A DNA stretch of 63,884 nucleotides, filler included, from Octopus bimaculoides (Eukaryota): NCBI RefSeq assembly GCF_001194135.2. It is 9 parts of 6 records of this genome, joined end to end, with 100 filler letters (N's around TTAATTAATTAA, not from the genome) between each part and the next. Parts side by side here need not be neighbours in the genome. Positions count along the whole stretch, not along the records: positions 35,062 to 41,687 come from NC_068993.1; positions 41,788 to 44,246 come from NC_068986.1; positions 44,347 to 56,534 come from NC_069007.1; 6 more parts are not named here. One strand, 5' to 3'. The position numbers and the translations under genes were made by a program. The notes beneath the pieces were generated by a model. It saw only the letters and a program-made list of their open reading frames with translations. It had not been told where the DNA came from and ran no database searches. This document shows, one piece after another, positions 38,907 to 49,224 of the stretch; within the stretch, counting starts at the first letter, position 1, and each line of letters starts with the position of its first letter.

Positions 38907-39620
38907 TNNNNNNNNNNNNNNNNNNNNNNNNNNNNNNNNNNNNNNNNNNNNNNNNNNNNNNNNNNNNNNNNNNNNNNNNNNNNNNNNNNNNNNNNNNNNN
39001 NNNNNNNNNNNNNNNNNNNNNNNNNNNNNNNNNNNNNNNNNNNNNNNNNNNNNNNNNNNNNNNNNNNNNNNNNNNNNNNNNNNNNNNNNNNNNNNNNNNN
39101 NNNNNNNNNNNNNNNNNNNNNNNNNNNNNNNNNNNNNNNNNNNNNNNNNNNNNNNNNNNNNNNNNNNNNNNNNNNNNNNNNNNNNNNNNNNNNNNNNNNN
39201 NNNNNNNNNNNNNNNNNNNNNNNNNNNNNNNNNNNNNNNNNNNNNNNNNNNNNNNNNNNNNNNNNNNNNNNNNNNNNNNNNNNNNNNNNNNNNNNNNNNN
39301 NNNNNNNNNNNNNNNNNNNNNNNNNNNNNNNNNNNNNNNNNNNNNNNNNNNNNNNNNNNNNNNNNNNNNNNNNNNNNNNNNNNNNNNNNNNNNNNNNNNN
39401 NNNNNNNNNNNNNNNNNNNNNNNNNNNNNNNNNNNNNNNNNNNNNNNNNNNNNNNNNNNNNNNNNNNNNNNNNNNNNNNNNNNNNNNNNNNNNNNNNNNN
39501 NNNNNNNNNNNNNNNNNNNNNNNNNNNNNNNNNNNNNNNNNNNNNNNNNNATATATATATATATATATATAAATATAGGTATATAAGTATATATATATAT
39601 ATACGTATATAGGCACATAT

Positions 39621-39652
<32 letters not shown>

Positions 39653-39659
39653 TGATAGA

Positions 39660-39840
39660 AAGGACAACAACAGAAAGAAAGAGACCTCGATATTGTGTAA
39701 ATAGAGGAATTTATCTGTAAAAATATATGTGGCTTATACGGTAGCCATGATAAAACTCCGAGTTTCGGATGCCGCGGTGGGAACCTACGCCGCCATCTCT
39801 TTTCAGTTATCCGGCCATTGAAAAATCCATTTTTCACAGG
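39660..39840 (-). mobile_element. Probable PLE terminal-repeat fragment; same family as 58345-58445
   Basis: Reverse complement TTTTCAATGGCCGGATAACTGAAAAGAGATGG..CATCCGAAACTCGGAGTTTTATCATGGCTACCG aligns with 58345-58445. Confidence 0.55.
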
Positions 39841-39879
39841 AATTTCACAGGAATTTCACACGTATATATACATACACAT

Positions 39880-40085
39880 TTTGTGTCTGTGTTTGTCCCC
39901 CATCACCGTTTGACAATCGGTGTTGGTGTGTTTACGACTTCGTAACCTAGCGATTGGGCCAAAGTGACCGACAGTATAAGTACTAGGCTTGAAAGAATAA
40001 GTCCTGAGGTAATTTGTTCGAGTAAAACCCTTCAATGTGGCGCTCCAGCATGACTGCAGTCAAATGAGTGAAATAAATAAAACGT
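39880..40085 (+). mobile_element. SINE family A, 3' half
   Basis: TTTGTCCCCCATCACCGTTTGACAATCGG..GCTCCAGCATGACTGCAGTCAAATGAGTGAAA. Confidence 0.8.
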
Positions 40086-41414
40086 AAAAAATTAAAGATA
40101 TTTCTCATTAAATACTGTTCAATTTAGAAGCAAATAATTCAATAAACGGTAGTGTCTAACTTTGTATATCTGTTGGTGAGACCGAATATAATCGATTATA
40201 TTGATTTCAATAGTGAACGCATGTCGATTCCATTAGCAAACACAGTAAATTCATATTTGGCAAGACTTGAACGAACCTCATAGTGTAACCTAACTAAAGA
40301 GAAAAAAATATTCGATTTTCTATCGTTTCTGTACTCCCATTTTACTACATTACACATCGAACGAAAGAAAAAAGCTTCCTGGTAGAAATAGTAAGATTAC
40401 TCTCAACTTACAGTAAACAAAAACGGGACACAAGACATCATTTAATATTTGTTACACTATATCTTAAAATATCTCAGATTGTCACGGTTGGAACCCCTCG
40501 GTTATAGGATTAATAAAATGGAAATATCATGGAGCTAAGCAACAACATATACGAGAACTGGCACAAAAGACAAAAAAGGAAGTGAGAAAGAAAAACACTT
40601 TCTTGCAATATATGCGCTTTTCAAGGAGTGCCATGCTGAATATAAATTGCCTAAAACGTTATAAAAGTGAATAACATATTGAAATCAAGAAAAGAGAAGA
40701 AAAAAATTAAACAGAAGGTAACATATTCTGCCAAATAATGTTTTGAATTTGATTTGTTGTGTGCAGAGGAGAATTTTAAGCAGATTAACAAGTAGTGTCA
40801 TAAGTGTGACTGTATTCGTATCTGTTTGACTTTCTAAGAGAAATAATTCAGTGGCCAGTGTCGTGTATTTAAATAAGACGAATGAGCGCAAATTAATTAC
40901 CATAAAAATAGATTCTTGGTTTATTAAAATTAACTACGCTTCCGGAGAAAGTAGAGTGATCGCTTGGTGACAGTTACTGGCAAACTAAATACAAATGAGA
41001 AGGAGAGATAATTTCAATAATCAAGAATTTCCCCAAACCGGCCAGTTTTAAAGCAAAAGAAAGTCTGGGTGTCTAGTCGATACCAGATTTAAACATCCCA
41101 ATATTTTCAAGCAATTTTTGCGCTTCACAGAAGCTTACGCGGTTTTTTCAATGTGAGACATTGGAGCACTGAGTAGAACATAGCCACACTTCTTCGTGTG
41201 TGTTTGTGTGTGTGTGTGTGTGATCGCATGCGCGCGCGTCTGTAGGCAAAATGTCGATGAAAGAACAAAATCAAGAACACATGAAAATGTTGCGATAAAT
41301 TCAAAATCAGTAAGTCCAGACTCTACAGAAATGCTAATGGCTATAAAGTTTTACATATTGCGGTTAACTTATAAAAATACTTGTACATAGATATACATAA
41401 ATACACACAAACAC

Positions 41415-41446
<32 letters not shown>

Positions 41447-41687
41447 CATCATGGACAGACGGTAGACACATCGGCTCCCATGTAAGTTGCTTTTTTCACC
41501 TCTTAAAAGACCTGTTTTGTTTTTAAATTTTGTATAAGTTGTGTATAACACAAAATACTTCGTGAATATATATTTTTCAAATCGGAAATAGCTCTATTTA
41601 GAGCCTTATTTCCAAAAATTCAAAAACATCTTCCCCGTTTCTAGCCATATTCTGTAAAACGAATATGGCTATGGTATACAACAAGGC

Positions 41688-41787
41688 NNNNNNNNNNNNN
41701 NNNNNNNNNNNNNNNNNNNNNNNNNNNNNNNTTAATTAATTAANNNNNNNNNNNNNNNNNNNNNNNNNNNNNNNNNNNNNNNNNNNN
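41688..41787. other. Artificial scaffold linker
   Basis: TTAATTAATTAA at 41732-41743. Confidence 0.97.
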
Positions 41788-41832
<45 letters not shown>

Positions 41833-42030
41833 ATATATTTGTATATATATTTGTGTGAGTGTGTATGTGTGTGTGTATCTTAATTTTTACAAATAAAATA
41901 CTGAGAGTAACTTCGAAGTTTCGACTTATTAGCTGTCACGGGACTGACACTCTACTAAACAGTACTGAATGATGCTTTAAATGTGATGGTCAACTGTTTT
42001 TAAATATAACTTTACACTAATGCATAAAGA

Positions 42031-42086
<56 letters not shown>

Positions 42087-42258
42087 CATACATACATAAG
42101 TGCATGTACATATACTTATATATATATATATGTACATATGAATGTATGTATGCATATATACATATATGTATGTATGTATGTATGAATGTATGTAGATCTA
42201 TCTATCTATCCATTTATCTATCTATCTATCTATATCTATCTATGTATCTATCTAACTA

Positions 42259-42306
<48 letters not shown>

Positions 42307-42605
42307 AGTAAAAATAAATACAAAAAAGGGGTTTTGTATGATTGTGTATAGAGGGATATATTATTTTGTTTAAAAGAGTTCCAACACTGTCTGTTTTTTT
42401 ATGTTTTATTTATATTCCTGCAAAACCAATGTGGGATATAGAATATGGAATATACAATATATAATATAATATACAATATATAATATAAAATAAAAATGGA
42501 TGGTACAATGAAATAAAGTATTGAATGTCTTATTGAATATATGGAATATGTCTTATTGAATAGATGAAATATTGAGTGTTCAATATAAAGGATTAAATAT
42601 ATAAA

Positions 42606-42649
42606 CGTGAATACGTATTTTCTATACCTTGTGGTATTTCATTATGGCC
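42606..42649 (-). ncRNA. Mirror-image hammerhead motif in the left arm (degenerate)
   Basis: GGC-C-A-TAATGA-A-ATACC-ACAA-GGTAT-A-GAAA-ATACGTAT-TC-ACG. Confidence 0.5.
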
Positions 42650-42694
42650 GGTATGACAGACTTTAACAGACTGTCTGTTGAAGTCTGTCATACC

Positions 42695-42738
42695 GGCTAT
42701 GATGAAATACCACAAGGTATAGAAAATACGTATTCGCC
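42695..42738 (+). ncRNA. Minimal type-I hammerhead motif in the right arm
   Basis: GGC-T-A-TGATGA-A-ATACC-ACAA-GGTAT-A-GAAA-ATACGTAT-TC-GCC. Confidence 0.65.
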
Positions 42739-43369
42739 TTTATATATTTAATCCTTTATATTGAACACTCAATATTTCATCTATTCAATAAGACATATTC
42801 CATATATTCAATAAGACATTCAATACTTTATTTCATTGTACCATCCATTTTTATTTTATATTATATATTGTATATTATATTATAGTTTGTATATTCCATA
42901 TTCTATATCCCACATTGGCTTTGCAGGAATATAATAAAACATAAAAAAACAGACAGTGTTGGAACTCTTTTAAACAAAATAATATATATATATAAGGAGA
43001 GAGTAAAGGAAAAGACAGACAACAGAGCCAGCACGTGTGATCCTTCACAAGTTGTCGATCGTAAATATGTTTGTTTTTTTAGATTATTTGTTTGTCTATG
43101 CGTGTGTATGCAAGAGAGATAAAGAGAGTATACATTCACATTCACAACTTGACAAACACTTGCACACACACACACACACACACACATACACTCACGAACA
43201 CACACAAACTCACACACACACACACACACAAACACAAAGTAGTGGACAGAATTACGTGAGGAATGCAATTCTGCCAAAAGATAATCATGTCTTGTTCTCC
43301 AACAAATATGACTTCGACCTTTCTTTCTTCTAGTTAATTTGTGTGTATGTGTGCGCCTGTGTGCGTATG

Positions 43370-43406
<37 letters not shown>

Positions 43407-43835
43407 CTCCGCTTTTCTTTCTCTTTTCTCATCCAACCATTTCTCTTTGTTTGTATATTCTTTATATTTTGCATTTTTATTGATTTTTATATATATGTTT
43501 TATTCACTCGATTGTTTATTTTTGTAATTTTTTTTCTCCTTTCGACACTTTATATATTATTTTATTTGTTTTCGTGTCATTCAAGCAATTGCTTATTTTT
43601 TTCTTCTCCGCACTTTTTTCTCTCTCTTCCTCAAAATTGTATATAGGAATCTAGACGTACACACACAGACACATACACACAAAAATAAAGAGGTAGCACG
43701 CATTTATATCCATATATGTATATATATATCTATATATAATATATATATCTTTTTACATATAATATATATATATATATATATGATATATATATATGTATAT
43801 ATGTATGCTTGTAAGTATATAATATATACACACAC

Positions 43836-43874
<39 letters not shown>

Positions 43875-44233
43875 CTTCGGCCAATATTGGCATTGGGCAA
43901 ATAAAACTAACACAACAAAGAAATATATGCATACGTGAGTGTGTGTATGTGTGTGCGCGCGCACAAACATATATACATACATACATGTACAGATTTAGTT
44001 ACATATGTGGATGTGTGTATGTGTGAATGACTGTATTCTTTTGACAATATTCTTTTCCCTCTCTTCAGTATTACGACTCCCCGCCACCCTCCTTCTCTGT
44101 GATCTACTCTCTTTGACTCCCTAACACCATTGATACTTAAACATCTACCGATAAATCAACCTGCCTATCAATTGATTTCATGTTCTCGCGCTGTTTATAT
44201 ATACATCAACATATACATAATATGCTATTGTGT

Positions 44234-44246
44234 AGATCGGAAGAGC
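44234..44246 (+). other. Illumina TruSeq adapter remnant
   Basis: AGATCGGAAGAGC exactly at the scaffold end before the linker. Confidence 0.9.
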
Positions 44247-44346
44247 NNNNNNNNNNNNNNNNNNNNNNNNNNNNNNNNNNNNNNNNNNNNTTAATTAATT
44301 AANNNNNNNNNNNNNNNNNNNNNNNNNNNNNNNNNNNNNNNNNNNN
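44247..44346. other. Artificial scaffold linker
   Basis: TTAATTAATTAA at 44291-44302. Confidence 0.97.
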
Positions 44347-44690
44347 TGAAGCACTAGTCTGATCTTAAGTACTCTGTCACTTACTCTAACGACCTCGATT
44401 ACCTTATCCACCCATTTCTCCGCTAGAAGTATTCCTACGCCCCCGACCCCGTCAGTGTTCCCTGCCCAGAAAATCTTGTACCTGTGTTCTTTGCCTGTGA
44501 GGAACCTCGCAGAACCTCCACTCCATCTTACTTCCTGGATGCAGCACATATCTACGCGTCTCCGTTCAAGCATCTCAACAATTTCACCAGATCTACCTTT
44601 CAGCGTGCCGACGTTGAGAGTGCCAATCCTAACAGTATGGGTGTTGGGGGTGTGGGCCTGTAGCCTGGGAAGGGGAAAAGCAGTGTCGTG
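44347..44690 (-). mobile_element. RTE-clade LINE, 5' end with N-terminal APE endonuclease fragment (cut by the scaffold end)
   Basis: HTVRIGTLNVGTLKGRSGEIVEMLERRRVDMCCIQEVRWSGGSARF..YKIFWAGNTDGVGGVGILL..VSDRVLKIRL; open frame in the visible part. Confidence 0.9.
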
Positions 44691-44734
44691 TACCTGTTCA
44701 TCTTTATTAATTCAGTATGAAAGCATTTCATTGC

Positions 44735-45800
44735 CAAATCATGGCATCAACTAACATTCTCTAAAAATTGAAATTCATTAAATTCAAATACAACTGAGAA
44801 ATCACCTTTCTTCATTGAAAACAATAAAATAACAACAAAATATTAATCGCTGAAAGAAATATAACAGGTTCATTGCCATTTCATCATACCATTTTCTTTT
44901 TCTTCTTTTTTTTTCCTTGCAGTGGGGTTTTTTTTTCTTTTTTTTAGCAATCTGGCAATTTAATTTTGAATAATAATAATCTGTTTAATTTCATTTAACC
45001 TCTCTGAATTTTAATTATTAGAGTAACTTAGCTGGTGGAGGTCGGGTAGCACCACACATCCTTCCAATTTTTTTGTCTTTTTGTTTCTTTTCCAAAAATT
45101 TCTTTGGATTTCTATGTTTTCAATATCAGAGATATTGCTAAAAAAAGAGTTTTCGAAATTTTAATTTCCCCCCATCCCCACCCTGGTTTTTTAATTTTTC
45201 ATTTTCTTTTCAAATTTTTTTTTGTTAATCCACGTATAAAAATACGAAGATTACAAATCTGGGAAAAATTAAAAAAAAAAAATTTCATGTTGTCTCAGAA
45301 AACATCCTACATTGCCCCTCCAACCCCCTTCCCAGTTTCCAAAGGCACAAAACTTCATACGTTTTACACATGCATAGATTTCTCCTGTAACAGTATAGGA
45401 AAGACTATCAAGCCCTCTCCAGAAAATCCATTATGCAAGAAATAACAGCTAAATGTCTGCAAAATATTTTTTCCTTTCATTTTACAATCCTTTTGTTTTT
45501 CTCAATCTTAACTTTCCATATCAATTCGAATTTTGATGCCATGCTACCAATTAGAAATTTCAAATAATTCATAATAGAAGCTTCGTTAATTTTATGTGTT
45601 TATACTTTGTTGATCCTCAACAAACCTCTGTGTGTGCACGTATGGATCTGAGAGAAAAAAACATAATTGAACTATCGTTGTGTATTGGTCTCCAGAGTGT
45701 CGGTATGGAGAGATGACATAATTTCCCTATTTCAGCCTAGCCTGTTTATCTATCATGAAGGAAGGTTGTGTGTGGGTGAATGATATCTACCAATACTGAA
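44735..45800 (+). mobile_element. Truncated second copy of the 5' region of the Helitron-associated repeat at 49225-53045, in inverted orientation
   Basis: Continuous diverged inverted homology with 51765-53045, e.g. CAGCCTAGCCTGTTTATCTAT..TGGGTGAATGAT..CCAATACTGAAGGATT and ATCTTAACTTTCCATA..TTTTGATGCCATGCTAC. Confidence 0.7.
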
Positions 45801-45974
45801 GGATTGCCAAAATAATTTATCTGTTACATCCCTTGTTTTATCATCTGAGGTAAAATCCCAGATAAGATTCTCAAGTTTTGACTCTTCTTCTGTCTCTAAG
45901 ATCTGACTTTAAAATTTGGTTATAGCAAATGACATCTGGTTTCCTTAAATCTAAAATAAGAAAAACTTGAACAG

Positions 45975-46078
45975 GTGCAGGTGTGGCTGTGTGGTAAGAA
46001 GTATGCTTCCCAACTACATGGTTCCAGGTTCAGTCCCACTGTGTGAGACTAAACCTTGGGCAAGTGTCTTCTACTGTC
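45975..46078 (+). mobile_element. SINE family A head only, interrupted by a PLE-like fragment
   Basis: GGTGTGGCTGTGTGGTAAGAAG..GGTTCCAGGTTCAGTCCCACTG..CCTTGGGCAAGTGTCTTCTACT. Confidence 0.8.
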
Positions 46079-46090
46079 CGATGTTCATCA

Positions 46091-46130
46091 ACTGTCCGAT
46101 GAATGGGAACGTGAAACTCCGAGTAACAGT
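46091..46130 (+). ncRNA. Minimal type-I hammerhead motif, CCGAUGA core, GNRA-capped stem II
   Basis: ACTGT-CCGATGA-ATG-GGAA-CGT-GAAA-CTCCGAG-TA-ACAGT: perfect 5-bp stem I. Confidence 0.72.
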
Positions 46131-46233
46131 CTTTTGTTATATTTCTGCTGCTTTTAAATAAAGCATATTACTCTACCTCTGGTATTTGAGTAATCTTTTT
46201 TCCACCTTGTTGCACATTTTATGTGCTTACTCC

Positions 46234-46271
<38 letters not shown>

Positions 46272-46441
46272 TAATTATCATTTAAACTATAGGTTTTGAA
46301 ATGATGGACTAAAAATGATTACCCAATAAAAACTTGAAATGGAGATTGTTCGGGTCTAACTTAACAGACAGCTCTACACTATACAACGCAGAGGAGATAA
46401 AAGAAAATCTTTAAACAGCCAAATTGAAGGATATCAAGTAA

Positions 46442-46527
46442 AGACCCTGAAGAAACTGCACTGGTTTCATAGTATGTTTGTAATCACAACAGTTACTAGT
46501 CGGTGCAATTGAAACATATGTTGGTCT
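46442..46527 (+). ncRNA. Type-I hammerhead motif with canonical core and extended stem II
   Basis: AGACC-CTGAAGA-AACTGCACTG-[37 nt]-CGGTGCAATT-GAAA-CATATG-TT-GGTCT: stem I 5 bp, stem II 9 of 10 pairs, palindromic stem III. Confidence 0.8.
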
Positions 46528-46614
46528 ATGTAAGGCGGTATATAAATTAAAGTATTAAAGGTAATGCTATGCAACTTCGTAGCAATCCTTACTATTAATA
46601 CTGTTAATATTTGT

Positions 46615-46731
<117 letters not shown>

Positions 46732-47409
46732 TGAACATTCTACCATTAAAAAGGCGTATTTTACATTGATTTGAGATCATTGTATCATATCTTCCTTTAG
46801 TGTATATCCATAAGTATACACATGGCATTCAGGTAGGAACTGTTCAATGAAGGCTGGTGAGTGTAGAGTATCTGAAGATGGTTGTTTTACATTTAAGAAT
46901 GGTTTAACAAAGATTTGGCTGCTATTGAAAGAAATACTATGTACATTATTAAAGTATACTGGAATGATTACTGAATATATTTTTCAATGTTATGCATAGG
47001 TTTTCTTGGATTATTGTATAATCTCCAGGTTATCGCTAACATTTTAGTGAGTCCATCAGGTACATTTGTTTCATTGGAAAAATCCTACAAATTATGCTCT
47101 GAAAGTCTGGTATCTTTATAATGGTTGTGATGGACTTGTATTGTTTGTTCTTTGTGTTACTGGATAAATATTTATTCACTATCTGAATGTATTAATGAGT
47201 GTAAAGAAGTAGTATTAATTTTGGAAGAAACTGTTAAAACTGACATCATGAAAAAATTAATGAACTTAAAGTAAAAGAAATATATGTACCTGCATGAATA
47301 TTTGTTTTTGAATCTGTTGTTGAATATCGTTACTGATCATTATGTTTCTGCAGAATCATTTTGGCTTTTTTTGTTTTTGAAGGAGGAGGTTAATTTGTTC
47401 ATTCTCAAT

Positions 47410-47620
47410 TGAAGTCATAATCATCGTCATCATTTAACATCTGTTTTCCATACAGGCATGGGTTGGATAGTTTGATAGGAGCTGGTAGCATAGAGAACTA
47501 TGTTAGGCTCCAGTGTCTGCTTTGGCATGGTTTCTATAGCTGGATGCCCTTCCTAATGCTAGCCACTTTACAGAATGTGCTGTGTACTTTTAATGTGGCA
47601 TCAGCAGGGTCCCTGAGTAA
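47410..47620 (-). mobile_element. RTE-type LINE/SINE 3' end; inverted sister fragment at 47845-47925
   Basis: CATCGTCATCATTTAACATC..GCATGGGTTGGA..TTGGCATGGTTTCTATAGCTGGATGCCCTTCC; the plus-strand copy ends CATTAAACGATGATGATGATG. Confidence 0.65.
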
Positions 47621-48359
47621 CTTTCAAGAGCAAGACCCCCTTGAGTGGGGAGAGGTTAGAATATAATAAAGGAGATACATGGTGACTCAGTTAGGAAATA
47701 AGGGCTAGAAAGAGAGGGAGAGAGAGTTAGAGAGGAATATACGAAGACATGGTGACTGTTTTGGCAGGATTTTTTTCTTTTTTTTTTTTAGGCATCCCGC
47801 TGTAAAAATCCTGCCAAAACAGTCACAGAAGTTTGGTACAGGCTTCTGCCTGGCTGGCTCCTGTCAAACTGTCCCACTCATGCCAGCATGGAAGGCAAAC
47901 ATTAAACGATGATGATGATGATGGCTACCCCTATTGGGAAAGAAAACAAAAAGAGTATGCAGGATAAAGAGAGGTTTATGTACCCAACATGTTTCAGTAT
48001 TTTATAGTTCTACTTGTTTTATAGCAGCTTACAATAAGCTAAACTGTTTTCAAACTTCAAATTCACTCCATGCTTTATAAAATAATTGTTTTGTTGTTTC
48101 CATATTTTGTAATTCATCTATAAATGATGCCAAACCCGATGTATAGATAAATACCGTTTGCTTTTCTACATGGCTGAAATCTGTATTGTCAGTTTCATAT
48201 TTCATTGCCAGGGGTCTTTCTAAACGAGAACTTCCTTGTAAGCAACAGTCACTGTGGAATGTTTGTTGTTTGGTATATACATATTCAATCCTGGAAGCCC
48301 TGTGGACACTCTATAGAAGACAACACATCTTTGTTCATGTGTGAATATGGGCCTTGGTA

Positions 48360-48785
48360 GATATTTTTTTATTCTTTTATTTGTTTCAGTGATTTGACTG
48401 CAGCCATGCTGGAGCACTGGCTTAAAGAGTTTTAGTTGAAGAAATTGACCCCAGGACTTATTCTTTATAAGCCTAGTACTTTTCCTATCGGTCTCTCTTA
48501 CCGAACCACTAAGTTATGGGGAAGTAGATACACAGTTGTCAAGCAATGGTGGGAAGACAAACACTGGCACAAAGACACACACACATATACATACATACAT
48601 ACATACATATATATATATACGATGGGCTTCTTGCAGTTTCCATCTACCAAATCCCTTCACAAGGCTTTGGTTGGCCCGCGGTTATAGTAGAAGACACTTG
48701 CCCAAGGTGCCATGCAGTGGGACTGAACCCAGATCCATGTGGCTGGGAAGCAAGCTTCTTACCACACAGCCATGCCTGTGCCTAT
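48360..48785 (-). mobile_element. SINE family A, full length
   Basis: Colinear with 20-520. Confidence 0.88.
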
Positions 48786-48924
48786 ATAAAGCTATTTTCT
48801 CAAATGTTTGTCTTTGTCATTTATTAATTGTCCTTACCATTGCTAATTTAACTGTTGTTTAACTAATGTAAATGCTAACTCTTCACCTACTGAAGAAACG
48901 GTAACTTTTAGGATAAATAGTTTT

Positions 48925-49200
48925 TATGCAATGTGAACTTTCAGTTTTACGGAGATGTACTTGCATAGCAAGTGACCTGATCTGAGATCGTGTGCTGGAA
49001 CGAAAACAATTGCAGCGTGGAAGGTGTTTATAAGCCATTTAAAATAACACACAAAATCCGTTAGATTCACTTCAACATTTAAATTTAATTTGTCAAAATA
49101 TTTTCGTCGCTTTGAGACCGCGACCTGTTCACTGACAAAATTCTGTGCTGCAGTTTTTGCCATAATGACTTTTTCTTGAATAACTAAACATATACCATTA
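48925..49200 (-). mobile_element. Unclassified interspersed element carrying a hammerhead-fold motif (probably PLE-derived)
   Basis: Abuts the truncated Helitron helicase; contains the motif at 49089-49139; boundaries approximate. Confidence 0.45.
49089..49139 (-). ncRNA. Minimal type-I hammerhead motif with swapped G3:C8 core (GUGAACA)
   Basis: TTTGTCA-GTGAACA-G-GTCGC-GGTCTCAAA-GCGAC-GAAA-ATAT-TT-TGACAAA: perfect 7-bp stem I, perfect 5-bp stem II, palindromic stem III. Confidence 0.72.
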
Positions 49201-49224
49201 CACATGCCATTAGCTTGGTCAATT

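Larger units (their letters stand above)
42357..42988. mobile_element. About 630-bp fold-back palindrome made of two head-to-head PLE terminal repeats
   Basis: Arms of about 315 bp centred on T42672 (..AACAGAC-T-GTCTGTT..), about 9 differences by eye; homologous to 38190-38470; flanked by (TA)n. Confidence 0.9.

Noticed and set aside
38722-39837. 371-aa ORF joining the 39.7-kb segment to the GIY-YIG fragment
   Set aside because: It spans a 640-N gap and a microsatellite; only 38720-38906 is real coding remnant.
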